64,000 nt of DNA from Candidatus Zhuqueibacterota bacterium (GTDB lineage: Bacteria > BS750m-G25): NCBI GenBank assembly GCA_016783505.1, contig JADHWK010000005.1:1764-65763 (forward strand), in the 5' to 3' direction. The position numbers and the translations under genes are program-made. Of this stretch, positions 47,117 through 57,173 are shown piece after piece (position 1 is the first letter of the stretch; each line of letters opens with the position of its first letter). Below the pieces are notes generated by a model, which was not told the origin of the DNA, did no database searches, and saw only the letters and a list, made by a program, of their open reading frames with translations.

Positions 47117-47496
47117 TGGCAAGAAGACGTACATGTGGTGAGGAATTGGTTGAGCAAACGACAAGTGCTTGCGGAAGAGAATGTAGTAAAAGTTGCTCTA
47201 AAGGATGTATTGTCTCCTTTGTACCAATTTTGCTTTCAAATCTGAGGTTGTTCTTATACAGTATCGTAAACTTTTCATCGCTCAAAAGCGTGCTTATTGA
47301 AATGATTCATCATTATCAAACAGATGTTTCTCCTTACCTAAATACTTGCTGTCTATTTGAACCTTCATGCTCAAACTACGCAATCCAAACATTTCGGAAT
47401 CATGGTTTATTGATGGCATTACTGAAAGTGTCCTTTCGTATTGTGAGGTGCAACGCAATGGTTGCCCATTTCTTTCAGTTAACGATTTATAGTTAG
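47117..47496 (+). CDS. YidD-like (haemolytic-domain, membrane protein insertion efficiency factor family) protein with Cys-rich N-terminal extension
   Basis: IEMIHHYQTDVSPYLNTCCLFEPSCSNYAIQTFRNHGLLMALLKVSFRIVRCN matches the YidD core (YQ..SP.....CRF.PSCS.YA..A....G...G..L...RI.RC.P). It is preceded by a 60-aa extension with 7 Cys. Low GC. Confidence 0.5.
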
Positions 47497-47756
47497 CCTA
47501 GAATTTTTACTTCAAATAATTAGGAAGTCTTAAGCTGTACCGAATTATTTACCATAAGTTGAAGAAGTTGAAGGAAATTCCATAGGAATTATTAAAATGT
47601 GTATTTTTCAGTGCAAGTAATGGATCATAATATGGACTGCATTTCTATAAGGTTTGTTTGGAATACTGTCAGCTTCTTTAGGCAATTAACTAACACGCCT
47701 GACCCGAATAGTGTGACTGTATGATCAAGCTTTTTTAATAACTTATTACCTAAAAA

Positions 47757-48440
47757 TTGGGACCAAAGAAGAACATACTTTCTTGGTTAGCGGTCCATTT
47801 CGGGTGGCTCATAATTCTTTTATTAGGGGCGACCTTACGGATCAAGTTTGTGGGCAGGCAGCATTATCTGACGCTTAAGAAGAAGAAAAAGCCCTTTGTC
47901 ATTACCCTTTGGCACGGGAGGATTCTGCTGCCCATTTACGTTCACCGGGGGGAGGGCATCCGGGGCATGGCCAGCCTGAGTCAGGACGGTCGGATGGTCG
48001 CTCAGACCATCCTTAAATTAGGGTATAGGATTGCCTGGGGGTCCAGCTCCCGAAGGGGAAAGGAGGCTCTTCATGAACTTGCCGCTGCTTTAAAGCGGGG
48101 TGAGGTAGGCGCCTTAATACCCGATGGTCCCCGGGGCCCCCGACACAGACTGAAGATGGGCGCCATTGTGCTCTCTTTAAAGACCGGAGCCTTTCTGCTC
48201 CCCCTGACCTACGCCGCCACCCGCCGGACGGTCTTCCGTTCCTGGGACCGCTTTTACCTCCCATGGCCCAGCTCTCGATGTGTAATTATGTACGGGGAGC
48301 CCATCTGGGTCAGTCCGGACCTGTCTGACGATGCTCTGGAGGCCTTTCGTAAACAGGTTGAGGAAAGAATGATAGCTCTGGAACGTGAAGCTGATGAATT
48401 TATTCAGAACTACAAAAATAGCAAAGGCCTGGTGAAATGA
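47757..48440 (+). CDS. DUF374-family protein (lysophospholipid acyltransferase-like) commonly linked to lpxK/waaA
   Basis: Family-typical N-terminal TM and conserved WHGR..L, D.PRGP-like segments (LWHGRILLP, IPDGPRGPRH). It overlaps the lpxK start by 4 nt. Confidence 0.5.
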   Translation: MGPKKNILSWLAVHFGWLIILLLGATLRIKFVGRQHYLTLKKKKKPFVITLWHGRILLPIYVHRGEGIRGMASLSQDGRMVAQTILKLGYRIAWGSSSRRGKEALHELAAALKRGEVGALIPDGPRGPRHRLKMGAIVLSLKTGAFLLPLTYAATRRTVFRSWDRFYLPWPSSRCVIMYGEPIWVSPDLSDDALEAFRKQVEERMIALEREADEFIQNYKNSKGLVK

Positions 48441-49477
48441 AATTGAACCCCTTTGTCAGTCTGTTGATGGTTCCTTTCTCTTTCCTTTATGGGACAGCGG
48501 TGGCTCTTCGAAACTGGCTCTACAACCGGGGGATTAAGGTCTCCCACCGGTTGGACTGCCGGGTCATCAGCGTGGGTAATCTGAGCGTTGGGGGCACAGG
48601 GAAGACCCCTATGGTGGAGTGCTTTGCCCGGCGGTTGCACGGGGATGGCCGGGGAGTGGCTATCCTCAGCCGGGGATACCGGGGTAAAGGCAAGGGGACG
48701 GTCATCGTCTCCGATGGGGTGAACCTGCTGGTGGATGACCGGTATGCCGGTGACGAGCCCTATCTTCTGGCCTCCCGCCTGCGGTCGGTGCCCATCATCG
48801 TGAACCGGGATCGGGTTAAGGGGGCAGAAGAAGCCCTTCATCGTTTCCATTCTAAATACCTGATCCTTGACGACGGGTTCCAATACCGCCGACTCCAGCG
48901 GGACCTGGATGTGGTTCTAGTTGATTTTCAATCCTCCCCCCAGAGGCTTCTACCTGCTGGTCCCTTAAGGGAGCCCTGGAGAAACCTCAGGCGGGCTGAC
49001 CTCATTTTCCTGACCAAATGCCCCCTGCCCGGGGGCAGCAACTGGGAGCTGGTAGCCGGGCAGAAGGACTTCCTTCGCCAGTTTACGGAGGCCCCTATTG
49101 TAGCCTGCCGTCACCACCCGGTGAAATTGGTTGATGTCAAGACCAGGGAGGATGTGGGGCTTAAGATTCTTCACAATCGCAAGGTGGTGGCCTTCGCTGG
49201 AATTGCCAATCCGGCCTCCTTCAGGCTGACCCTGCTGGATGAAAAGTCCAAGGTGGTGAAATTCTTCCGCTTTCCCGACCATTATCGGTATGGGACCAAG
49301 GATATAAAACGCATTTTTTCCGTTAGCAGCGAGCTTGAGGGAGATCTGGTGGTGACCACGGAGAAGGACCGGGTGCGGCTTCCCCGGGAATTCGACATAC
49401 CCATCCCCCTCTATTTTCTAGTCATAGAGATCGAGATATTGGAAGAGTTCGATGTCTTAAAAGCGTTGAAATGGTAA
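48437..49477 (+). CDS. lpxK: Tetraacyldisaccharide 4'-kinase
   Basis: [16 protein letters not shown] is the P-loop. The rest fits the LpxK profile. Confidence 0.85.
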   Translation: MKLNPFVSLLMVPFSFLYGTAVALRNWLYNRGIKVSHRLDCRVISVGNLSVGGTGKTPMVECFARRLHGDGRGVAILSRGYRGKGKGTVIVSDGVNLLVDDRYAGDEPYLLASRLRSVPIIVNRDRVKGAEEALHRFHSKYLILDDGFQYRRLQRDLDVVLVDFQSSPQRLLPAGPLREPWRNLRRADLIFLTKCPLPGGSNWELVAGQKDFLRQFTEAPIVACRHHPVKLVDVKTREDVGLKILHNRKVVAFAGIANPASFRLTLLDEKSKVVKFFRFPDHYRYGTKDIKRIFSVSSELEGDLVVTTEKDRVRLPREFDIPIPLYFLVIEIEILEEFDVLKALKW

Positions 49478-49480
49478 AAA

Positions 49481-51067
49481 ATGGAAATAGAAAGTGATTT
49501 CTTGGTCATAGGAAGTGGCATTGCCGGGCTGTCCTTTGCCCTAAAGGCGGCCCGTTTCGGTCGGGTAAATTTGGTTACCAAGAAGGATAACACCGAATCC
49601 AACACCAACTACGCCCAGGGGGGGATCGCCGTCGTGGTGTCCCCTGAGGACAGTTTCCAGCGCCACGTTGAGGATACCCTTGAGGCCGGAGCCGGTCTCT
49701 GCCACCCCGATGCGGTGGAGATGCTGGTCCGGGAGGGGCCCTGCGGGGTTCGGGAATTGATGGACTGGGGAGTCAGGTTCAGTCTGAGAAAGGCGGGGGT
49801 CTTCGACTTAGGCCGGGAGGGGGGACACTCGGTCAAGCGCATTGTCCACGCCGCTGACCTCACCGGCCGCGAGGTGGAGCGGGCCCTGGTGGCCGCCGCC
49901 AAGGCCAACCCCAACATCACCATCTTCGAAAACCATCAAGCCGTGGATCTGCTGACCGAGCACCATCTAAAGGACAAGAAGCAAGATGGTATTCACTGCT
50001 GGGGGGCTTATGTGCTGGACGAGGGCCGCGAGGTTGTGTTTACCTTTAAGTCTATGGTGACATTTCTGGCCACCGGAGGGGTGGGGCAGGTGTATCTGCA
50101 CACCACCAATCCGGGGATCGCCACCGGGGACGGGATCGCCATGGCCTACCGGGCCGGAGCCAGTGTGGCTAACCTGGAGTTTACCCAGTTTCACCCCACC
50201 ACCCTCTACCATCCCGATGCCAATTCCTTCCTCATCTCCGAACGCCTGCGGGGATATGGGGCGGTGCTCAAAACCAAGGACGGCAGGACGTTTATGGAGA
50301 ACTACCATCCCCAGGGATGCCTGGCCCCCCGGGATGTTGTGGCCAGGGCCATAGACAACGAACTGAAAAAGAGGGGTGAGGATTACGTGCTGTTAGACGC
50401 CACCCACCTGGACAAGGAGGGTCTAAGATCCCATTTTCCCACCATCTATCAAAAATGTCTTTCTTATAATTTGGATGTAACGGAAGAGCCCATTCCGGTG
50501 GTGCCCGCCGCCCACTACATCTGCGGGGGTGTGGTGACCGACTTGGATGGCAGAACTTCTATCGAAGGGCTTTTTGCCGGGGGGGAAGTGGCCTGTACCG
50601 GGGTGCACGGGGCCAACCGGCTGGCCTCGAACTCTCTTTTAGAGGCGGTGGTCTTTTCCGACCGGGCGGTGAAGGGTACGGTAAAATACTGGAAGGAACA
50701 CAAGGGCAAATTGCCATTAATCCCCACCTGGAGCGATGAGGGAACCTTTGACCCTGAGGAATGGGTGTTAATCTCCCATGACAAGCAGGAGATCCAGCGG
50801 CTGATGTGGGACTACGTGGGCATCGTGCGGGCCACCCATAGATTGAAACGGGCCCAGGAGAGAATTCAGTTAATCGCCAAGGAAGTTGAGGATTTCTATC
50901 GAAAGACCAGGGTCACCGAGGGGTTAATTGAACTGCGGAACATCACCACCGTGGCCCTCCTGATCATTGAATCGGCCATGCGCCGCAAAGAGAGCCGGGG
51001 ATTGCACTACATTCTCGATTATCCGAATACCGATGATAAATACTGGAAGAAAGATACTATCCTGTAA
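49481..51067 (+). CDS. nadB: L-aspartate oxidase
   Basis: The FAD-binding N-terminus DFLVIGSGIAGLSFAL, the QGGIA motif, RHYILDYPN... and a length of 528 aa. Confidence 0.9.
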   Translation: MEIESDFLVIGSGIAGLSFALKAARFGRVNLVTKKDNTESNTNYAQGGIAVVVSPEDSFQRHVEDTLEAGAGLCHPDAVEMLVREGPCGVRELMDWGVRFSLRKAGVFDLGREGGHSVKRIVHAADLTGREVERALVAAAKANPNITIFENHQAVDLLTEHHLKDKKQDGIHCWGAYVLDEGREVVFTFKSMVTFLATGGVGQVYLHTTNPGIATGDGIAMAYRAGASVANLEFTQFHPTTLYHPDANSFLISERLRGYGAVLKTKDGRTFMENYHPQGCLAPRDVVARAIDNELKKRGEDYVLLDATHLDKEGLRSHFPTIYQKCLSYNLDVTEEPIPVVPAAHYICGGVVTDLDGRTSIEGLFAGGEVACTGVHGANRLASNSLLEAVVFSDRAVKGTVKYWKEHKGKLPLIPTWSDEGTFDPEEWVLISHDKQEIQRLMWDYVGIVRATHRLKRAQERIQLIAKEVEDFYRKTRVTEGLIELRNITTVALLIIESAMRRKESRGLHYILDYPNTDDKYWKKDTIL

Positions 51068-51225
51068 AGCTTGTGTCCTAATAATGACTAGACTTCGGCA
51101 AATTTTATAATGTGCAGTAAAGAAAACCGACCGGCCTTAGGCGGATGAATCGGTTAGTTCTGTTGTTATGGCGAAAATCATTATCCCCCAAATGAATTCG
51201 GGGGCTATCATGTTCAAATAAATAA

Positions 51226-51247
51226 CCCCCCAGTTTCAACTGGGGGG
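51226..51247 (-). terminator. Hairpin CCCCCCAGTTtcAACTGGGGGG; on the minus strand followed by TTATTTATTTG
   Basis: Perfect 10-bp stem between the convergent nadB (+) and membrane-protein (-) genes. Two further hairpins (51185-51204, 51274-51290) lie in the same 280-nt gap. Confidence 0.4.
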
Positions 51248-51343
51248 TTAACCGAAACCAAAATATCAGTTGTAACCGTTTCAACGGTTTATTATCCTAA
51301 TTCATCCCCAGAAATATTTTTTGCTAAAGTTTAGTGATGAGCC

Positions 51344-51811
51344 TTATTGAGCCTCTCCTTGGGATTCCTTTTCCCTTTTGATAGCCCCTTCCTGATCAGC
51401 CAATATCCTGGTGAAGATTAACAGAGCAATACCTATTAAAAAGGGAATAACCCCCCATACCCCAACCCTGATTCCCACCGCCACCCATAGTGCGATAAAT
51501 GTGCCTACCCCTAATCCAGTAAAGATCAGGCCCCAGGCCAGTGGTATGCGACTGCGGGGGGGTTCCTCGGGCAGGGGGGGAACAGACATCCCCTTCTCAA
51601 TGGCCAGCATGATGGCCGCATGGCGGAGCATCCTCCGAGAGCTTGAGGCCGTCAGCGAATGGATGGATACCCCTTTTTCAATGGCTGATATCCGCTCTTC
51701 GCTTAAGAGCCTCCTTTTCCTGAAACCATAATAGAGCGCTAAGACAATAGTAACCAGGGGGGCTCCAAAAGACATCACGATGGCAACAATGGGTACCCAT
51801 AATTCTTTCAT
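51344..51811 (-). CDS. Small membrane protein, unknown function (155 aa, 4 predicted TM)
   Basis: ORF with hydrophobic segments. It is divergently oriented to the ECF sigma gene. Confidence 0.35.
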   Translation of the reverse strand: MKELWVPIVAIVMSFGAPLVTIVLALYYGFRKRRLLSEERISAIEKGVSIHSLTASSSRRMLRHAAIMLAIEKGMSVPPLPEEPPRSRIPLAWGLIFTGLGVGTFIALWVAVGIRVGVWGVIPFLIGIALLIFTRILADQEGAIKREKESQGEAQ

Positions 51812-51995
51812 AATAACTCCTTTGATCTATTTAACCTCTCACATTACTATTAAAATGAAAAACAACCCTTTTTCAGGTTTCTAATCTATTTGATAGGGAT
51901 ACTGAGAAAAATGTTTCACTAAAAGAACATTTTTTGAAACTTTTTTTATTTTAAACCAATCAAATTAATCAGAGAACAGGTGGTTGGAATAGGGG

Positions 51996-52565
51996 ATGGT
52001 TGAAACCAGCGAAAAAGAGCTGATCAAAAGATGCCAGCGGGGCGATCAAAAGGCGTTCGCAGAGCTGGTTGACCGTTACAAAGTATGGGTGTTCACTATT
52101 ATTGACCGCATGATTTACGACGAAAGCCAAACCGAGGATTTAGCTCAGGAGGTATTTATAAGGATATTTAAGGGGATCGCCGATTTCCGGGGGAAGGCCA
52201 AGCTCTCTACCTGGATTTACCGGATTACCTACAATATATGTTTAACCGAGATCGCCCGGAAAGGAAGGGAGAAGGAGTGGATTTCCCTAGACGAAGAGAA
52301 TCCTTTGGGAGGTCAGTCTTTGGGAGAGATACTTCCGGGTGGTGAGGACTTCATCCGAGACCATGATATTAAAGATACCGTAGAGGTACTGTTAAAAGAG
52401 TTATCCCCCCGTTATCGAATGGTCATTACACTTTATTATTTAAGGGAAATGTCATACCAGGAGATCGGGGAGGTGATGGATCTGCCCCTTGGTACGGTGA
52501 AGGCCCAGCTTCATCGGGCCAAAAAGTTCATGCGGCGGGTTTTACTGAGTGAAGATATAAGGTAA
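51996..52565 (+). CDS. ECF-type RNA polymerase sigma-70 family factor
   Basis: Region 2 (DLAQEVFIRIFKGIADFRG) and region 4 (LYYLREMSYQEIGEVMDLPLGTVKAQLHRA) are present. Confidence 0.8.
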   Translation: MVETSEKELIKRCQRGDQKAFAELVDRYKVWVFTIIDRMIYDESQTEDLAQEVFIRIFKGIADFRGKAKLSTWIYRITYNICLTEIARKGREKEWISLDEENPLGGQSLGEILPGGEDFIRDHDIKDTVEVLLKELSPRYRMVITLYYLREMSYQEIGEVMDLPLGTVKAQLHRAKKFMRRVLLSEDIR

Positions 52566-52717
52566 CTATTCAGCCACAAAGACACTAAGACACCAAGATT
52601 ATTATGAGGCTAGCTACTGGAGACCGAAGACCGAAAAAAATAGAATAAACATCTATCCTCTTACTTCGTAATTCATAATTCTTAATTCTACATTATTTTT
52701 CGTGCCTTGGCGCCTTA

Positions 52718-53290
52718 GTGGCTAAGCTGATACGATATAAGGGAGTGATGATGATGGATTGTAGTCAGTTCAGCGATCTGCTGTCGGATTATCTTGAGGG
52801 ATCCTTATCCCCGCCTTTAATGCAGGCGATGAAGGACCACTGGGAAAAATGCCCGACCTGTCAGAAAGAACTAACCCTTGAGGGGCGGTTGAACCAGGCA
52901 TTGCGGGCCGGAAAACTTAAGGAGCCCCCGGCCAATTTTACCAATCGGCTCATTGAAAAAATCTCTGAGCTACCCGACCCTCTTGTCCCCGAGAAAATAC
53001 CCATCATAAATGTGGTTACCGCTGTGGTAGCGATCCTGGTTTTGGGGGGGCTCTTGTTTTTCGGTGTCCATCGCCTCTTGGATTTCAGCGATATAGTCTT
53101 ATTGGTGAGTCAGAAATTCATCTGGGTCGCTGCTGATCTATCCGATGGCCTATACCATTTTTTCTGGAATTTTAGTCACCAGGTTCAACTGCTGCCTGGA
53201 TTTTTCGGCTCCCTTGTCTTTGCTGTGATTATCATTCCCATATTTTTGAGCTGGGGGGTATGGGAAACGGTGAAGGCTTTAAGGAGTTAA
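52718..53290 (+). CDS. Putative anti-sigma factor (zf-HC2-like) with single TM
   Basis: The N-terminal H-x3-C-x2-C (DHWEKCPTCQ), a TM helix VVTAVVAILVLGGLLFFGV and its position immediately downstream of the ECF sigma gene. The true start is probably MMMDCSQF near 52748. Confidence 0.5.
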   Translation: MAKLIRYKGVMMMDCSQFSDLLSDYLEGSLSPPLMQAMKDHWEKCPTCQKELTLEGRLNQALRAGKLKEPPANFTNRLIEKISELPDPLVPEKIPIINVVTAVVAILVLGGLLFFGVHRLLDFSDIVLLVSQKFIWVAADLSDGLYHFFWNFSHQVQLLPGFFGSLVFAVIIIPIFLSWGVWETVKALRS

Positions 53291-53559
53291 CCCCGAACTT
53301 TGGGTTTTGGCTGAACTTCCCAATTTATACCGTCATCGCTAAAAGCAAGCCCCATATTCCTACCATCGAGGCGCTTATCTTTAAGAGAGCCGTAATCATT
53401 GCGGAAAACCATAACATGCCTGCCTTGAAACCTAGTGACCCCTGGATTGAAGACTAAAGTACCCTGATATGGAATATCCCTTGCCGTCAGAATCGGGTTC
53501 CCGTAGTGGCATTTTATTACGGGGCTGGACATCAATTCGCTGATTATTAAATTTCCCAT
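53287..53559 (-). pseudogene. N-terminal 90-aa fragment of a GH130/GH43-like beta-propeller glycoside hydrolase/phosphorylase
   Basis: GNPILTARDIP...LVFNPGV...GLAFSDDGINWE resembles the N-terminal blade of GH130 mannoside phosphorylases. The ORF stops after 90 aa and abuts the anti-sigma gene. Confidence 0.3.
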
Positions 53560-53627
53560 TGCCAGACTTTTGTTGGACTTGGCTTTTATCCTTAAACAGA
53601 TTTATAGTGCTTTCACCCTAAAAGCGG

Positions 53628-54515
53628 CTATTTCTTCCATGGTGGCACTTCCGGTAAGAGTGTGTCGAACTCAGCGATCAGCTCTGATTCGTATTCCGCC
53701 GTATATAAACCGTTCAAGAACTTATCAGCGCCCTCTTTGAAGAAAAGTTCCCAAGACCTGTCCTCCTGCCCGGGATTTATCGGAAAAAAGATGGCTCCAT
53801 TCGCTTTGGCGGCCTTCATATCACCGGGAGCATCCCCAATCATCAACAGGTGGCCCTCAAGATATTTACCGTCGGAGGCCAAATGAATGTGCTCCTTTTT
53901 GCTTCCCATTTCTTGGCCGGCAATCACACGGGCATATTGAGCAATGTTATGTTCCTGCCATTCCCGACGCAGTGCCTCGCCTGGGGTCGCGGAACAGACA
54001 ATAATGTCAGCCCACCGGGAAATCTTCTCTAAGCTCTCGCGCACAAAGGGAAACGGTGGCACCCCATAAACCATATCCGCCACAGTGGCATTTACGGCTT
54101 CGCTCCATTTTAAGGCCTGTGCCAAAATCGGATCACCGGTTTTCTTCACCTCGGCTTTCAGAGCCGGATTCCCCAATTTTGTCTCTCGTTCAATCCAGTC
54201 GCGCAGGGGCTGGGCAACCGGAATATTGAGATGACGCTTCTGCACATCCGGCCACTCGCGGAGCAGATCGAAAACCATAATCAGGGCCGGGAAACGATTC
54301 ACGCCGCGCCATTTTGAGTAGAGGTTAACAAATTCGGCCGCCGCCCGGGCATATTTGGATACCGGCTGCAGGGTCCAATACTTGATGATATTCGGGATAA
54401 AACATTCTTTGTGTTTGATCTCCATCGTATCAAAGGCACATCCATCCGAATCAATCGCAACCAAGAAATCATGCCGTGGTTCTAAATCCTTCAATTCAAC
54501 TTGGGGATCTGACAT
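53628..54515 (-). CDS. HAD-superfamily-like hydrolase (tentative)
   Basis: Motif I-like VAIDSDGCAFDT near the N-terminus. Motif IV-like MIGDAPGDMKAA near the C-terminus. Confidence 0.35.
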   Translation of the reverse strand: MSDPQVELKDLEPRHDFLVAIDSDGCAFDTMEIKHKECFIPNIIKYWTLQPVSKYARAAAEFVNLYSKWRGVNRFPALIMVFDLLREWPDVQKRHLNIPVAQPLRDWIERETKLGNPALKAEVKKTGDPILAQALKWSEAVNATVADMVYGVPPFPFVRESLEKISRWADIIVCSATPGEALRREWQEHNIAQYARVIAGQEMGSKKEHIHLASDGKYLEGHLLMIGDAPGDMKAAKANGAIFFPINPGQEDRSWELFFKEGADKFLNGLYTAEYESELIAEFDTLLPEVPPWKK

Positions 54516-54557
54516 AGGCTAAACCCTCTTTATCGTTAAATTCTAATGACCAACAAG

Positions 54558-55856
54558 CTATTTACGATATGCTTGAGGTACATATTCTGGCAATTTTTGT
54601 TCTGCGAAAATCCTGTCAAACCGCGCAAATCTCTGCAACCCGTTGACAACGGGCACACTCACCCAATCTTCGCCGATCAATGGGCGGGCATAATGGATAA
54701 AATCATCTGTTACGTCAATCTGATTGGGAGCGATCCAATCCTTTGGGAATTTGCGTTCGGAATTGGCCACCACGTCCAAGGGTACTTTATCGTAATCCAC
54801 ATTATAAATCAAACCCTGCCGGCGAAGGATAGTGGACATATAGCCAGAGCCGTGTTCGACCGCGATGACCACCGCCTTCTGACCTACTTTATAAGCTTCG
54901 TCTAAATCCACTGTGGATGCATAAATCGCTGTGTCGCGCTGATCCGTACCAACAACTTGCCCGCGCGCAACTCCCCTCGCCTTCAATCCGACTTTATTGA
55001 GATGATTGACCACGATCTGCTGCGCGGTAGACATGCTCGAACTAAATTGGGTATGACCGAAAGAATCCTTTACTTCACCGACCGTACCGACATCAAAACC
55101 TTCACTTACGACAAGGATGACCCGTCCACTTCGCTTAAGCTCATCATTTACATTATCCATTAACTCGGATAAACTGAGACCGGATTCTGGCATATAGATC
55201 TGGAGCGGCATTTCACGTTTGGGGTCTGCTAACCGTACTGCTGCCGGAATAAAGCCAATTTTCCGTCCCATTACCTGTATCACAAGAACGGGGTCTGATG
55301 GGCAAGAACCCATATTTTCTTCGTTAGCATTTTGGATATTATAGGCCCAGTATCGAGCCACACTACCATATCCTGGGGTATGATCAACCAGTTTGAATTC
55401 GGAGTCGCCTACATCGTTGTCAATCGTTTTGGCAATCCCCACCGCCACTAGGTCAAAACCTTTTTCGTGAGCCATTTTCGCTACTTTTTGCGCCGTGTCC
55501 ATTGAGTCGTTACCGCCGATGTAAAAGAAGTAGCCGATGTTATGTGCTTTGAACACATCAATGATGCGATTAAAATCCTCTTGCTGATGGCTTTTTAGTT
55601 TATAGCGGCAGGTGCCGATGGGACCGGCGGCGGGGGTGGTCCGCAACAAGCGAATTTCCTCTTCTCGCTGGGCAGAGACATCCAGCAATTCCTCTTTGAG
55701 AATGCCTTCTAACCCGTGGTACCCACCGTAAATTTTATCAAATTTATCTGGATACATCCAGCAGGTTTCTACAATCCCCCGAAGGGAATTATTGATCACC
55801 GGCGATGGACCGCCGGACTGAGCAACGACTACGTTTTTGTCTACTGCCATACACAA
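54558..55856 (-). CDS. Pyrophosphate- or ATP-dependent 6-phosphofructokinase (PFK A family, Pfp-type)
   Basis: SGGPSPVINN, GGYHGLEG, IGGNDSMDTA and GIAKTIDNDV are PFK signature segments. The length is 432 aa. Confidence 0.8.
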   Translation of the reverse strand: MCMAVDKNVVVAQSGGPSPVINNSLRGIVETCWMYPDKFDKIYGGYHGLEGILKEELLDVSAQREEEIRLLRTTPAAGPIGTCRYKLKSHQQEDFNRIIDVFKAHNIGYFFYIGGNDSMDTAQKVAKMAHEKGFDLVAVGIAKTIDNDVGDSEFKLVDHTPGYGSVARYWAYNIQNANEENMGSCPSDPVLVIQVMGRKIGFIPAAVRLADPKREMPLQIYMPESGLSLSELMDNVNDELKRSGRVILVVSEGFDVGTVGEVKDSFGHTQFSSSMSTAQQIVVNHLNKVGLKARGVARGQVVGTDQRDTAIYASTVDLDEAYKVGQKAVVIAVEHGSGYMSTILRRQGLIYNVDYDKVPLDVVANSERKFPKDWIAPNQIDVTDDFIHYARPLIGEDWVSVPVVNGLQRFARFDRIFAEQKLPEYVPQAYRK

Positions 55857-55879
55857 ACCCCCAAATTGCTGCTTTTTAG

Positions 55880-57154
55880 TTACGGCCCGAATGGATCGTC
55901 TTTCAAGCGATAGAGCATTTCTCCCGCCCTGGGGACATATAAAACCCCTTCATCCTCATGATTTTTCCAATCGTCTACGTTGATCAATTTCGGATCGCAA
56001 TAGCCAAGATTTATCTTCTTACAAACATCCTCTGGGATTTGCGTAGCTAAAACCACCTTGACCCGCGGCTTTTCTACGCCGTTCTCGAAAGAGCCAATCC
56101 CTTTCACGTGGGTGGAGTGCGCCATCACGCCGCCGGGTATATCTGTGAATCTATCCATTTGTTTGATAAAATAGTCGCGAACGTGATAACCGATCTTCTC
56201 AATGATTGCCCCATGGGTAACGGATATTTCGGTGATATTTGGCGCATAGATGATTAACTCACCACCGTCAGCAACCACGGGTTCGAGTTTGTACATGCAT
56301 TTGCCCCCGGTCCAGAGGTCATCGTACATTTTGGGGGCGCAGGATAAAACCCGATGAAAGGGATGATCCTTATAAATAATATGCAATTTGCCTGACAAAT
56401 CAGCAGCGGAAGCAAACGCTTCCTCCGGAGTCCCGACGAAAAGACCGGCCAGATCATTCCCCTTAACTACTAGACTCAAACAAATCCGCTCTATAAGTAA
56501 AAATGCTGCCGCCTTATCCACCAATTTCCGCACCGGTGTATCCTTGGTGCCGATGATGACCGGGTTGGTGATAAGGGCTCCGAACCAATGGAGTATATCA
56601 ATGATCTCCTGCCCACCAATGCCTGGAAACAGATACTTGTTGCCACCCGAGAATCCCACCACCTCATGGGGAAAGGTGGGACCAATGATCATGAGCAGGT
56701 CATAATCAAAAATCAGTTTATTTATGGTTACATCTACTTTCTGGCGCAGCAGTCCACCGGAGATGTCGGCGACCTCATCTTCGCTAATGGTCCCAATGCA
56801 CCTTAGCTGATCAGGGTCCTTCCAATAATGATTGAAGAATCTCGCTTTGGGATATTTACTGGTACGCTCTTTCTGGGTAATGCCGACTCGCTCGTTAATC
56901 GCCCTGTCGCTCATAGGTGGATGGGTACCAAGAGCGATAAGAAAGTGAAGGGCTTGCACCCGTGCCGCCAGCAATTTATAGACGACCCGGAACATTGCAT
57001 CCATAGGGGCGGTGCGGGTGTGATCGGGTATGATGGCCAGAATGCGCCTGTCGTCCAAATGGTTTAGCGAGAACGCTTGGGCACAGAGATTGAAGACCTG
57101 CGCCTCATTCAGCAAATCAGATGGAGAGCCTTTGCCAATAACCATGTGTAACAT
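55880..57154 (-). CDS. LarA-like (DUF2088, nickel-pincer lactate racemase family) protein
   Basis: ILAIIPDHTRTAPMD (PD.TR..P) and ALGTHPPMSD (LGTHR.M-like) are family-conserved N-domain motifs. The length is 424 aa. Confidence 0.6.
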   Translation of the reverse strand: MLHMVIGKGSPSDLLNEAQVFNLCAQAFSLNHLDDRRILAIIPDHTRTAPMDAMFRVVYKLLAARVQALHFLIALGTHPPMSDRAINERVGITQKERTSKYPKARFFNHYWKDPDQLRCIGTISEDEVADISGGLLRQKVDVTINKLIFDYDLLMIIGPTFPHEVVGFSGGNKYLFPGIGGQEIIDILHWFGALITNPVIIGTKDTPVRKLVDKAAAFLLIERICLSLVVKGNDLAGLFVGTPEEAFASAADLSGKLHIIYKDHPFHRVLSCAPKMYDDLWTGGKCMYKLEPVVADGGELIIYAPNITEISVTHGAIIEKIGYHVRDYFIKQMDRFTDIPGGVMAHSTHVKGIGSFENGVEKPRVKVVLATQIPEDVCKKINLGYCDPKLINVDDWKNHEDEGVLYVPRAGEMLYRLKDDPFGP

Positions 57155-57173
57155 TATAGGGAAAAGCCAACCG

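Noticed and set aside
51068-51343. tRNA or other structured RNA gene in the nadB-downstream gap
   Set aside because: The hairpins are simple GC stems (C6/G6) without a cloverleaf arrangement or conserved tRNA boxes. Interpreted as convergent terminators.
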